A stretch of DNA of 64,000 nt from Eledone cirrhosa. Lineage: Eukaryota. The notes under the pieces are model-generated. The model saw nothing but the letters and a program-made list of their open reading frames with translations. It made no database searches and was not told where the DNA came from. Each line of letters opens with the position of its first letter. Within the stretch, counting starts at the first letter, position 1. The stretch lies in contig OZ024748.1 in assembly GCA_964016885.1 (NCBI GenBank), positions 55,366,001-55,430,000 on the forward strand, in the 5' to 3' direction. The translations under genes and the position numbers were made by a program. Shown in pieces: positions 34,328 to 48,034 of the stretch.

Positions 34328-34648
34328 TCTGAGTTCAAATTCCGCCTAAGTTAACTTTCCCTTTCATCTTTACGGGGTCGTTAAAATAAAGTACCAGTAA
34401 TGCACTGAGATAATTGCTGGCCTTGTGCCAAAAGTAGAAACAATTATTAATGTAGGCAGAGGATTGGCAGTATCGGTAGAGAGTCGGACACCATGCTTTG
34501 AAGCATAGAGTTACGTCCCTTTATGATCTGAGTTCAAATCCTGCCGAGGTTAACTTTGCCGTTCATCCTTACGGAGTCGATAAAATAAAGTACCAGTAAT
34601 GTACTGAGTAATTGTTGGCCTTGTGCCTAAAGTAGAAACAATTATTAA
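34328..34648 (+). mobile_element. Tandem main-family SINEs (5'-truncated 34328-34448 and full 34456-34648)
   Basis: Consensus match. Confidence 0.85.
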
Positions 34649-34678
34649 TGTTCGATATAACCCAGACGTACATATGTA

Positions 34679-34741
<63 letters not shown>

Positions 34742-34831
34742 GCATATATATATATATATATTTGCGTGTACGTATTCATACTTACTTTATATATTTCTAT
34801 ATATAAAGAAAGTATGCATACGTACACACAA

Positions 34832-34869
<38 letters not shown>

Positions 34870-34959
34870 GCAAATACAGACATTACCCAGTGCGTAGATT
34901 CTGACAGGAAGTGGACAGAGGGGAGCAATGGTGTTTATATATTTAAATATGTATAAATC

Positions 34960-35056
34960 TTTATTACATATAGAAATGACCTCTACAATACTATAATTGT
35001 TTCATTTGAATGAAACAGTTCTAGTCCTATGGAAGTAATTTTTATACAAAATAAAG
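34960..35056. mobile_element. Old family A palindrome remnant
   Basis: TATAGAAATGACCTCTACAATACTATAATTGTTTCATT|GAATGAAACAGTTCTAGTCCTATGGAAGTAATTTTTATA. It folds back within stem II. Confidence 0.6.
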
Positions 35057-35624
35057 TTCCCTATATTCTACCAACGTATTGAATACATTCTTTAATGGGA
35101 GCCTACATATTATGTATATATGTATCTCGCCACAAGGCAACCAATCACATTATTTGTGACTTGACCACTGCCACGTCACAGTTCTTAGCCATTTTGAATT
35201 CGTTTCAGGCGGGGATCATTTAAGAAAAATCTTCGTCCAAGTGAGTTTGTTTCCTGACGATTTCGAAACTCGTGAATTTATCCTTGATCGGATATTTCCA
35301 AAATGCGAATGAAACATAATTTTGGTATGCTTATATACATTTTTTCTTCTAACTTTGATTTTATACCTAATTGTTGACGATATATTTGATTGATTTCCAC
35401 GTGCTATTAGAAATACTGGGTAAATATTCTATAGTTGTTGATCGCGAATAGATAGCTCTAGTTTATTTATCTATTATTTCTTCATAGGTGCCTTTTAATC
35501 TTATAGCCTTGTTTAATTGTTTTTTTATGTGGTTGATTATGCTGAGTGGGAGAGGAGATGGTGTATATATTTTATCAAATGATTCTATGGACATACTTTA
35601 TTGTATATATATATATATATATAT

Positions 35625-35823
35625 ATAGGAAAATGTTAGACCCCGACGGCAGAGCTCTAGCCGTGTCGACAGCTATTTCTGGCCCGTCATGAAATAGCCG
35701 TCGAAACGGTTTGAGCTCTGCCATCGGAGTCTAATATTTTCCTATTACTCACTCTACTACCCTAAGTATTGAGTACTCTGGTGCGTTAGGGTCCATCTGG
35801 TTCCTTGCCACACCTCCTTCGTT
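35625..35823 (+). mobile_element. Family B fold-back element
   Basis: Palindrome with copy-specific arm GGAAAATGTTAGAC/GTCTAATATTTTCC plus the tail, with (TA)n on both sides. Confidence 0.85.
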
Positions 35824-36486
35824 ATATATATGTAAATATATATATATATATATGTAAATATATATATATATGTAAATATACCTGATTACAGAATATTTAA
35901 AACGATAATGATACGTAAGTATAGGCAAAATGAAGAAATACTTTGATTTGACCGATGAATCTGCCAAAGTAATAGCCTAGACCTACCTCCAACCCCTTCA
36001 AAAACACACACACTCACATACACACTCACTCACATATATACACACACACACACTCACACACTCATACACTCACATACTCACACACACACTCGCACATATA
36101 ACTCATTTAGCTGCTGATGAACCGGATGGCATACTAACCGGATAGCATACTAAAGCTTTACATTTTGCTTTGATATACACTTTACGATAAACTTTAGCGC
36201 TGCACAAACGAAACCATATTTGAATGAAAGGCACTGAATTTTTAAAGTAATTTTTGAAATAATCAAAAATTTGGAGGCATTTACTAGAACTGGTCTCCCC
36301 TATTATTAATCTCAATAAACATATCAGGACATAAGTCGTTTAAATATAATTATAACGCGGCGTGTATTTTCTTTTTAGAGAATTATAAATATATTGAATT
36401 AAATAAAATGGCATCGGACAACCAGAAAAGTGTTGAACTGTTTGAATATTAAAAGGGTTAAAGAAGTTTAGAATTACATCTAGAAA

Positions 36487-36668
36487 TAATAATTGTTTCT
36501 ACTTTTGGCACAAGGCCAGCAATTACCCAAGTGCATTACTGGTAATTTATTTTATCGACCTCGTAAGGATCAAAGGCAAAGGTAACCGTGGCAGGATTTG
36601 GAATCGGAATATAAAGGGCCATAACTCTATGCTGCAAAGCATGGTGTCCGACGTTCTACCGATTCTAA
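36487..36668 (-). mobile_element. Main-family SINE
   Basis: Consensus match. Confidence 0.85.
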
Positions 36669-36874
36669 CATGCTATGAATGTCTGTAACATTACATAAAT
36701 AAATACTACACACACACACACACATACAACGAAACATTAATTTACATATAGCCACGTTCGGACCATATCCTTGTGGTTGTGTTCATTAAGCAGTTAATGA
36801 GCCTTTTTTCATCATATATATATATATGTACACACATTCATATACATACATGTACATGTATATATGGATATATG

Positions 36875-37030
36875 TATGTAAAAGGTAAACAGAAATAACA
36901 ACACAATCGGTACAGCATATGGAAGGAATATATTAGGTTAACTCTTGAAATAGCAGGAAAAGGGTCGTAACATTTCGGACGCTAGTCCTTCATCAGAAGA
37001 AAGAATGAGAAATAATATAGATTGATGGGA
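36875..37030 (-). mobile_element. PLE-type 3' end, family G, with hammerhead motif at 36965-37000
   Basis: Minus strand reads TTCTT-CTGATGA-A-GGAC-TAGC-GTCC-GAAA-TGT-TA-CGA (AGA in the 551 copy). This is the CTGATGAAGG...CCGAAACGTT pattern typical of metazoan PLE HHRs. Confidence 0.7.
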
Positions 37031-37581
37031 CGGGTGGGTTTTAATTGGAAACAAATGTCTTTAAATAAAAATTGTACACAATATATTTGTATATATCCAC
37101 ATTCAAAAGTGTTGACACATTAATTGCAAAAAGTACAAAGATGATGTGTTTATTGAGTCAGAAATTCATATTCATTTGTAGATGTTTACAAACATAAAGA
37201 GAGAATGTAGGTATGCAAGTATTTTGTGAGTGAATTAGTTAGTCTATGTGAAAATAATGACACATTCTTCTATGGTTTTTATTACTGTAGTTCTGTCAAG
37301 CTGTCTACTTGTAGATTGTCTAGCAACTTGTTGTCTACATATAAGTCTCTCTTCGTCACTCCCACACCCGCCCTCATTTGCATATATATATATATCTATC
37401 TATCTATATATATATATATATATACACATACGTACAGAGTGAAAACATAAACAAAAAATAACTTTGATAAGTATATAGGTACCTGTAACTCATGGAATCC
37501 TGGGGGCACCTAGGGACACAGCGAGGCATGCCCATTTTAAACCTAGCGGAGACCATCTCACTCCAGATTTATTTAGAGAAT

Positions 37582-37632
<51 letters not shown>

Positions 37633-39965
37633 CAATCCCAGTACTGGATTAGTTCTTTTTTATCTACCTGGATAGACAAATCTGACTTCAGTGGAATTTG
37701 AACTCTGAGCGCAGAAGCCGGAACTAATACCCTAAGAGGTTCTTTCAAACGTTCAAACGACTCTGTCAATTTCACACCTTTTAGTTGATAACAACCACCC
37801 TAAATAATAATGAAAAAGGAAATCTCTATAGGATTAGTCACAGAATATTCTTTAGTAATAAATATAATTAGAAAACTAAACACTTTAGGCGTATTATAAA
37901 CAACATAGCTCGTTACCAAAGCCTAACTATTTCCCAATTGTTGAAGGAAATAAGCTGCCTGGCGCCTGGAAAATTAAATAGCGGACATGACGAATGAGAA
38001 GCTGCACAACAACTTTCCCATACCGTTTGCCCACGAGGTTTGAGTTAAGCAATGTTCATTTACGCTCGCTGAAACTGCTGGAGATACTAGCAAAATTTTC
38101 CTCAATGTATAATACACTACCTCCGGAAACAAACGAAATAAGAATTGGATAATGTATTCCTGGACACACTATGTCTAAAAAATATGTATATGTGAAAGAT
38201 GATGAATCCGGGAAAACATTTGACCATGAGTTTACTCACCGAGGACGGATATGGAGCTAACCACCAGCGATAAGAAATTTGTTTTGAGACTAGTGTTATA
38301 TGAAACAGTTGGTGGTCAAATATAATCTATAGGACATATAAAATCTCAGAGAGATATGGCGGTAGAGATGGAGGCGATGGCAGTGGGATTTCGGCTCTTC
38401 CGTGTTTGGACACATTTATCAATTCTGTTGTTGTTTACTATTGAAGCTTTGTGGCACTGTCATCAATGGTTTTAATTGCTTTTATATGCCCTGTACGTTT
38501 TCTAACCTTTATCAACCACATAGCAGTACATTTTTCTAATCAGCAAGGGGTTGAAGTTTCGATTTACTTATCATTCATATACACACATATATAAACACAT
38601 AAACAATGTATATACTTTTTTAATAATTTATATTGATCGAAAACCTTTGCGTTTCCGTCATCAGACAATGTCTCATGATTCACTGAAAATACCTGCCGGA
38701 TCTGTCTAAAACCACACACTGAAACATTTGATAAGCAAGTCTCGTTTGGCAACATCCTCCTGGAAACTCTGCATTGTAATACTATTTAATTGTGTATCTG
38801 CCTGTTCAGGGAATATATCAGTAGATAAGGAACAACACGTATAATAACAATAAGCTTAGAATACTAAATGTACAACAAATAAAACAACAAAACTTGAAAG
38901 ATAGATCAACAACGTTGAATATGAAACAGTCTAATATAAAAAGAAGGAAAACATTAGTCATGGAAGCAAGTTTTATTAACAAAGTATGACGTAAATTTCA
39001 ATACACGGCTGTGATTATTATAACAATAGCCAGTAATTATGTTCAAACTATTTCTTTCATCTTGAAAAAATCTGCTGCCAGAAGTCTCAAAATTTTAAAG
39101 GGGGGAAATAATGGATGAGAACCTGTGTAATATCGTTCCCATCACCTACAGTGTAGTGTAGCGAATAAGGGGGGGGTTTAAATAATTTCGCTTGACCTGC
39201 TAGAAATAATAGTGAAAAATCCATCAAATATAATACAAATATAGTGAAAAAAGAAAGCTAATAAAATAAATCTAAACTATGAATTTTATTTAAATAAACG
39301 TCTTATTCTGCTTTCATTCAAAAGATAACATGTTTATATATTTGATACTTCGCTGAAAACAGCCGAGACATTACTACGATCAAATATTAGACTCAGGGTT
39401 GCTTACTATATTGAGAGAAAGGAGGGGTGAAATGTTCACTGTTGCCTTGGAGTTACATCTTAGTTGCACCCCGTTGACAAAATAGAAAAACCATTTCTGC
39501 GCAAAGTAGCCAGCGAAACCCGTTCTGTCAGCCATTTCACTTTGCATTGCTGTTTAGTCAGGTGAGATGCTATCGACAATTAGTTCCGAAAAGCTGTAGA
39601 AATATTGGTTGTTGCTGTCCAAAATGTGTAACATTTAATATAACAATTATATATGACCATACAGAAAAATATTTACACACCAACATTCATCACCTACGCA
39701 GTTTACTTTGGTTATTTGAATCAAAGATAGAAGAATGGAGACAAAAATCATTTAGTATTAATGAATATGTCTGTGGTATAACGATGGTAAACATTGTTAC
39801 TAATTTTGAAAGACGCAAAGGAAAGAAAAAGAAATCTTAAGGTCTTAGTGAAGATTCGATGGATGACTTTAACACAGTTTTAGTGAATGTTTGGCAAAAA
39901 ATAGCAGGATTCAGAATATCTGCATAGAAGCTTCACTGTCCTAGAAATTTACACATTTGCATCCA

Positions 39966-40074
<109 letters not shown>

Positions 40075-40192
40075 TTGTGTGTGTGTGTATATATATGTAT
40101 ATATATATATATATATATTTGTGTGTGTGTGTGTATATATATTATATATGTATATATATATATATATATATGATGTTGATATATATATATAT

Positions 40193-40806
40193 ACGTTATT
40201 CCGGGTTGAATCGGAGGTAACCACAGTAAGTAAGGTACTCAATATATTGCAGAGTATAAAGGTTTTAATATAGATGAGATTCTACAGGACTAGAACTGTT
40301 TCATTCTTTAGAAATCATCAGGAATCTGGGTATCAAAAAATAAATATGGTATTTATAGGTCTCTTCAGGTGGTAGGAGAGGGTAGGGAGTGGGATGGGTA
40401 GAGGTCATTGGTTGATAGAAAAGGGAATTAATTAAAAGCTAATTCTTCAAAGCTATAGTTTATATTTAGAGTAACACAGGCAGAAAGAATTCTATAAACC
40501 AGATCAGAATGGGGGCCACTCCTTATGAAAAACTTAAAAATAAGGTGTGGCACCCCATTCTGAACTTGTTTATGGAATTCTTTCTGCCTTTGTTACTCTA
40601 AATATAAACTATAACTTTGAAGAATTAGCTTTTAATGAATTCCCTTTTCTATCAACCAATGACCTACACCCATCCCACTCCCTACCCTCTCCTACCACCT
40701 GAAGAGACCTATAAATACCATATTTATTTTTTGATACCCAGATTCCTGATGATTTCTAAAAGAATGAAACAGTTCTAGTCCTGTATTATCTCATCTATAT
40801 TAAAAC
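40193..40806. mobile_element. Family A: ~265-bp-arm inverted repeat with two hammerheads and a one-sided tail
   Basis: Arms 40262-40526 and 40540-40806, 13-nt spacer, tail 40193-40261, (TA)n on both sides. Confidence 0.9.
40278..40326 (-). ncRNA. Type-I hammerhead ribozyme (family A, intact core)
   Basis: GATTC-CTGATGA-TTTC-TAAA-GAAT-GAAA-CAG-TTCTAGTC-CTG-TA-GAATC with a GUA triplet. The mirror copy at 40741-40790 (+) has a mutated stem I. Confidence 0.8.
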
Positions 40807-41024
40807 TATATATATATATATATATATAAAATACAATATGTTGAAAAGGTAACACAGTAGAAAGAGATAGTGCGTCAGGATTCCTTTTCCTTTCAGCACA
40901 TTATTGACAGCGAATAGCGAGAGTCTATGGTTACGTTAATTTATCGCGGTATATATATAGTGTATTGCAAAATACACTATTTATACATTCATATATATAT
41001 AGCCATTTCAGAGCACCAATTCTA

Positions 41025-41028
41025 ATTT

Positions 41029-41059
<31 letters not shown>

Positions 41060-41164
41060 ATATTTATATTTATATATATATATTTATATATATATATTTA
41101 TATATATATATTTATATATATAAATAAATTTATATATATATATTAATATATATATTTATATATA

Positions 41165-41199
<35 letters not shown>

Positions 41200-41990
41200 T
41201 TATATATATATTTATATATATATGTATATATATATTTATATATATATATTTATATATATATATTTATATATATATATTTATATATATATATTTATATATA
41301 TATATTTATATATATATGTATATATATATATATATTTAAATATATATATTTATATATATATGTATATATATATATATATTTATATATATATTTATATATA
41401 TATTTATATATATATTTATATATATATTTATATATATATGTATATATATTTATATATATATTTATATATGTATTTATATATATATGTATATATATTTATT
41501 TATATATATATATTTATATATATATATTTATATATATATATTTATATATATATATTTATATATATATATTTATTTATATATATATTTATATATATATATA
41601 TTTATATATATATATGTATATATATTTATTTATATATATATGTATATATATTTATTTATATATATATGTATATATATTTATTTATATATATATGTATATA
41701 TATTTATTTATATATATATGTATATATATTTATTTATATATATATATTTATATATATATTTATATATATATATTTATATATATATTTGTATATATATATT
41801 TATATATATATATATATTAACATAACAGATTAAAGTTTAAGCAAAGAATCGGATCTTCTGAAATATATATATAGTTACATACTTACATTTATTTATATAT
41901 ATATATTTACATTTACATATATATATATTTATATATATATTTATTTATACATATATATTTATATATATATTTATATATATATATATATAA
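41025..41990. repeat. (TA)n microsatellite with TTTA interruptions
   Basis: Direct inspection. Confidence 0.95.
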
Positions 41991-42382
41991 TTGTGTGTGT
42001 GTGCGTGTGTATGTATGTAACTAATTTGATCATATATCTACCCCTAGCATGTAACTCTCCAGGGCGCATACCCGGAAAAATTCTTTAATAAAAAAAATTA
42101 TATCATTTGTCCTTTCAACATATTTCACGTCTCGAATGTTGTGCTAGAAAGAGGATACATCAATGAACTAGTTTTCTGGCAAGAGAATCCGCCAATGAAA
42201 TATGTTACCAATGCTGTAACAATCCACCCAATACACCACTTTGAACTTGTACCTTATTTTCTCGACCGCTGAAGAATGAAAGGCAAATACGCCTTTGAAA
42301 TCAGAACGAATCCTAAAGGAACAAATACCGCAAGATATTTTCTCTGATACGCTAAGGATTCTTCCAATCCCTGTATATAATG

Positions 42383-42421
<39 letters not shown>

Positions 42422-42444
42422 TATATATATCTATATATATATAA

Positions 42445-42688
42445 TGTGTGTTTGTATGTAGGTATATATGTGTGTGTATATATATATATATGTGTGTATG
42501 TATGTATATATATATATATGTGTGTATGTATGTATATATATATATGTGTGTATGTATGTATATATATATGTGTGTGTGTGTGTATGTATGTATATATATA
42601 TGTGTGTGTGTGTGTATGTATGTATATATATATGTGTGTGTGTATGTATGTATATATATATGTGTGTGTGTATGTATGTATATATATA

Positions 42689-42731
<43 letters not shown>

Positions 42732-42925
42732 ATGTATGTATATATATATATGTGTGTGTGTATGTATGTATATATATATATGTGTGTGTGTATGTATGTA
42801 TATATATATGTGTGTGTGTATGTATGTATATATATATATATGTGTGTGTATATATGTATATATATGTGTGTGTGTGTGTAGGTATATATATGTGTGTGAG
42901 TGTGTGTGTGGGTGTGTGCGTATGT
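42445..42925. repeat. Compound (TG)n-(TATG)-(TA)n tandem array
   Basis: Recurring ~30-bp compound units. Confidence 0.9.
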
Positions 42926-42990
42926 ATATATATATATACACACATACTTACATATATTTTTGTATGTACGCAGATAAAGCCCAACACATA

Positions 42991-43027
<37 letters not shown>

Positions 43028-43034
43028 GTATATT

Positions 43035-43081
<47 letters not shown>

Positions 43082-43270
43082 TACGTTATTCCGGGTTGAA
43101 TCGGAGGTAACCACAGTAAGTAAGGTACCCAATACATAGCAGAGTATAAATGTTTTAATATAGATGAGATTCTACAGGACTAGAACTGTTTCATTCTTTA
43201 TAAATCATCAGGAATCTCATGATTTCTAAAGAATAAAACAGTTCTAGTCCTGTAGAATCTCATCTATATT
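43082..43270 (-). mobile_element. Family A short fold-back: tail, HHR (43168-43216, minus) and inverted partial HHR
   Basis: Same sequence as 40193-40326, but it turns back immediately beyond stem I. Confidence 0.85.
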
Positions 43271-43338
43271 TCTCTCTCTCTCTCACTCTCTCTCTCGCCC
43301 TCTCTCTCTCTCTCTCTCTCTCCCTCTCTCTCTCTCTG

Positions 43339-43390
<52 letters not shown>

Positions 43391-44150
43391 TAATCTCAGC
43401 GAGATCGTATTTCGGCGTGAGCCACAAACAAACGAAACACAATCTTCGAGATATGTGGCAAGTGCTCAATGGTCTAAAAGAAGACCAGAGCAATTAACAT
43501 ACGTTATAAAGGCCAGATAAAATGAAAATAGTGGTCGTTAAGCCATCAGCCACCGGACCCCACAAAAACGAAGCAAGCTAAACAGGTTAACAAAAGAATT
43601 TATCTGGACCTACTGGAAACTGTTGTTAAAATCCAGTGGGAGGTTTCTGTGACTCCTAAATCAAATATACTGCCTGCTTTCGTTGTAAGCTTTTGGTATA
43701 ACGATCGCACAAGGTAGCCATTTCGTCATATATATTTATATATTATATATATATATATATATATTTATATTTCATATATATATATTTATATTTTATATAT
43801 ATATATATATTTATATTATATATATATATACACACATACATACATATTTGTATGTACACAGACAAACACACACACACATATCTATATATATATCTATACA
43901 TATATATATATATATATATATTTATATTATATATATATATATAGGCAATAAACTATGAGTGTGTGTGTGTGGAGGTTGCTGTTGTTTGCCTCTTTCAATG
44001 TGCACGTGTACATGTATCCAGCAGTCATTAATAAATAGAACCTAATCATATATAATTAACAGTGAGACAAATATAACAACAACAACAACAACCATAACAA
44101 CACTATATCCAAAAGGCAAATCAATATCGAACATAAAATTAGGAAAAAAA

Positions 44151-44227
<77 letters not shown>

Positions 44228-45132
44228 AAATCTGATAAAATAATATAAAGAAAATATGAAGAAGAAGAGTCAAATGTAAAATAAAGAAAGGATAAAAGAG
44301 AAAGAGTTTGTTATATGATTTCCTCATCTAAGATTCAGCCTCCAGGATCAAGATGTCTTTGGTAAGTTGTAATGAATTAGTAATTATAATCGGAATCAAG
44401 ACTCATTTCTTTAGAACTTTGTATTTTTATCTTGCTTGTTATAGTAGAGGTTCATTGAAATGTTTGTTCCTTTAAAGATCAAATTCTTACCAGAAATAGA
44501 AAACATCATCATCATCATCATCATCATCATCGTCATCAACTACAAATATGAAATTATTATCAGCATCAAAAACATGAAACGAAAACAAAGCAAAGTAAAA
44601 GTCACATTTTATATTTTAATGTTATTGAACATAATAAAAAAAAAAAAGATAATGAGAATTAATAAATAAGGTAAAAGTAATAACATATGTTATGATATTA
44701 TTAATAATATTAGTTATATTAATGCTGATAATGATAAGAATAAAGATATTACTATTAATAACATAACAATATTGATACTATTAATAACATCAATATTAAT
44801 AAAAGTAAGTAAGAGGATAATGAGAATGGCGATGATGATTATGATGATGATCGTGATGATGACGAATGAATGAAGGATGTTGATTACAATGATAATCATG
44901 ATAATGATGATGATTGTGATAATGATAATGATGATATCTACGACAATATCAGCAAATACAACAAATTCGCAATGTCTCCTATATAGGTTCATTATGAGAT
45001 ATTGAATCAGAAATTTTAAGAAAAAAAAAAAAAATGCATACATATGTGTCAATGTCAATATAGATATACATATATATATACATACATATATATGCTACAT
45101 ACATACCCATATATATATTTATATACATAAAT

Positions 45133-45164
<32 letters not shown>

Positions 45165-45449
45165 ATATACACGTAAATGTATATATATATATACATAAAT
45201 GTATCTCTATTCTTTTAAATATATATGTATATATATACATAAATGTATATATATATTTACATAAATGTGTGTGTGTGTATATATATATATAAATATATAT
45301 ATACAACAAATATATATATATATATATATAACAAATATATATACATATATATATATGTGTATATATATATAGAACAAATATATATACATTATTTAAGCAA
45401 CTCAAGACCACAAAATTCACATGAAAGACGTTAGTATATATGTATATAT

Positions 45450-45545
<96 letters not shown>

Positions 45546-46282
45546 AGAGAAACGTATACTTTCACACGCATGCAGCAGACAATCGGAATACATATATACA
45601 CATACATACACATACATACACTCATGTACAATCAAGATTTATTCAACCCAGTAGAACCAAAACTTTCAACTAATTAAATGCAGTCAGGTTATTTGTGTGG
45701 CGATCACGACGACAACCATCACCACCACCACCACCACCATCATCATCATATTTAATATTGTAATTTAATATTCTTTATATAGTAATTATTCATATTATTG
45801 TTTATATTTATTAGTCTCATTTTTGTTGCTATTTAATTTTATGTTCATTTTTAGTAAATATTATATTTTATACAATAAATATTTTGACTTTGAATGGAAT
45901 TTGATGAAATCATTTAATTTTTTATATATGTTGATAAACACGAAAACACACACGCATGTATAATTATTTATATATATATGATATATATATACATATATAT
46001 ATATTATATACATATATATGCTATATATATATATATATTAGTATATAATTATATATATATATATATATTGGTATGTGTATATATATATTGGTACGTATAT
46101 ATATATATATTAAATGCGTATATATATATATATATATACTTATATATTGGTATGTGTATATATATTTATACACGTATATATTGGTATGTGTATATATATA
46201 TATACACATATATATTGGTATGTGTATATATATATATCCATATATATTAGTATGTGTATATATACATACATATATATTAGTA

Positions 46283-46347
<65 letters not shown>

Positions 46348-46554
46348 AGCGGTGGAGTTCGTTGTACGCAATATTTAGTTGAGTATAGATATATCTACTC
46401 CATCTTTGGCATTCGCCTTCACTGAAATCAGTTTCAACCTAAAATATATGAATAAATAATATATTAGCTAATAAAATTTAATAACATCTAACCTACGCTT
46501 GAAATATTTCAATGTTGTCGTTACTTACATCATAAAAGTAAATGGAGATAAATT

Positions 46555-47070
46555 ACACACACACACACACACACATATATATACACAAACACACATGTAT
46601 ACACACACATACATACATATACATGTATACACACACATATACACATACATATACCCACATACATACATACGCACATACACACATACACGCACATACAGAC
46701 ACATGCATGCATACGCATACACACACACATACACACACACACACACATATACACAAACACATACACACATACATACACATACACACATACACACATACAC
46801 GCACATATACACACACACATACATACACACACACATGCATGCATACGCATACACACACACATACATACACACACATACACACATACATATACACACACAT
46901 ACACACATACATACACATACACACATACACATACATACACACATACACACATACAAACGTACATACACATACACACACATATACACACATACATACACAC
47001 ACATACACATACTTTCACACGATCATACACACATTCACACACACACATACTCACACTCGATCATAGACAC
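46555..47070. repeat. (CA)/(CATA)-rich microsatellite
   Basis: Direct inspection. Confidence 0.9.
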
Positions 47071-47081
47071 ACAGACTTATA

Positions 47082-47139
<58 letters not shown>

Positions 47140-47376
47140 TGTGTCTGTAATGTTCATTTAATAATTACGCCATTTCACAGCTTCTCTACTGTGGAAAAAA
47201 GAACAGGATATATTAATTTGATGATTATGTTTGTTTTATTGTTGTAGTTATTTCATTCGTGAGACATGAATCGATGAATACTCACACGCACGCCGACTGT
47301 TTCCAATATTTTATGGAGCATTGGTTTAAATAAAGCAAATAATTTACCGTAAACTCCATTTTGTAACAGAGATATA

Positions 47377-47764
47377 CAGGCTGGGCCAGAATTCATAACT
47401 CGCTTCTTAGTTATATTTCTTAACATGCTTATTTTATTATTATTGTAGTGTTTTAATTTATTATTTTATTCCTTAATATGTTAAGCAGGTTTCTTAATTT
47501 ATATTTTTATTTCTTAATATGTCTCACATGTTTTTTTTTTATTTCTTAATATGCCTCTCAACTGAAGGAGGCCAGGTTCTCCACGAAACAGAAAATCGAG
47601 TTAACTAAGCAGCGCATTAATTAATAGTGTATATTTGTGTGCTTACGTATCTTGTTCATGAACTTATGCCTGTATATGGTATTATATTCTTAACTTGTTT
47701 TATAACATTTTGTGTTAGTAGATCTATAAATAATGAAATGTTTCATCAATTCTGGCCCACCCTG
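47377..47764. mobile_element. Tc1/mariner-type MITE
   Basis: TIRs CAGGCTGGGCCAGAATT / AATTCTGGCCCACCCTG (16 of 17 match), TA on both sides, AT-rich non-coding interior. Confidence 0.8.
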
Positions 47765-48034
47765 TACTTTGTATTACTTTAATGCAGCTTTGTGAATATT
47801 TAAGGCAATGCGCGCAAACAAATATGGAAAGGTTTGGTTTTAAGTGTTATTTAGAAAGGTCAATTCAAACTGAAGGGAGATAAATTCGGTAATCAATAAT
47901 GTATTAATTTGCGTTTATTTACGTTCGTTTTGTGTACAAATCTCAAATTATTTCACTATGTATTTCACTATGTCTGCCATGTCATCAAACTTGTACGTTA
48001 CCTGTATACCAAAGAAACATTATTTATTTCAGAG

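Noticed and set aside
35243-35275. CTGACGA-TTTC-GAAAC hammerhead-like string
   Set aside because: No stem II or stem I can form.
36099-36460. piggyBac-like MITE ending AAAGGGTTAA
   Set aside because: The left end (ATAACTCATTTAG) matches too poorly to call a TIR pair.
38645-38670. Minus-strand CTGATGACGGAAAC
   Set aside because: The core boxes are adjacent with no room for stem II, so this is a chance match.
38693-38770. Minus-strand candidate exon (EFPGGCCQTRLAYQMFQCVVLDRSG)
   Set aside because: Weak splice signals, no partner exon and no recognisable family.
40521-40600. YEKLKNKVWHPILN at the family A hairpin centre as a GIY-YIG C-terminus
   Set aside because: The mirror arm does not preserve the frame, so it is suggestive only.
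44700-44960. Hydrophobic poly-Ile ORF suggesting a membrane protein
   Set aside because: It is (GAT)/(AAT) trinucleotide low-complexity sequence.
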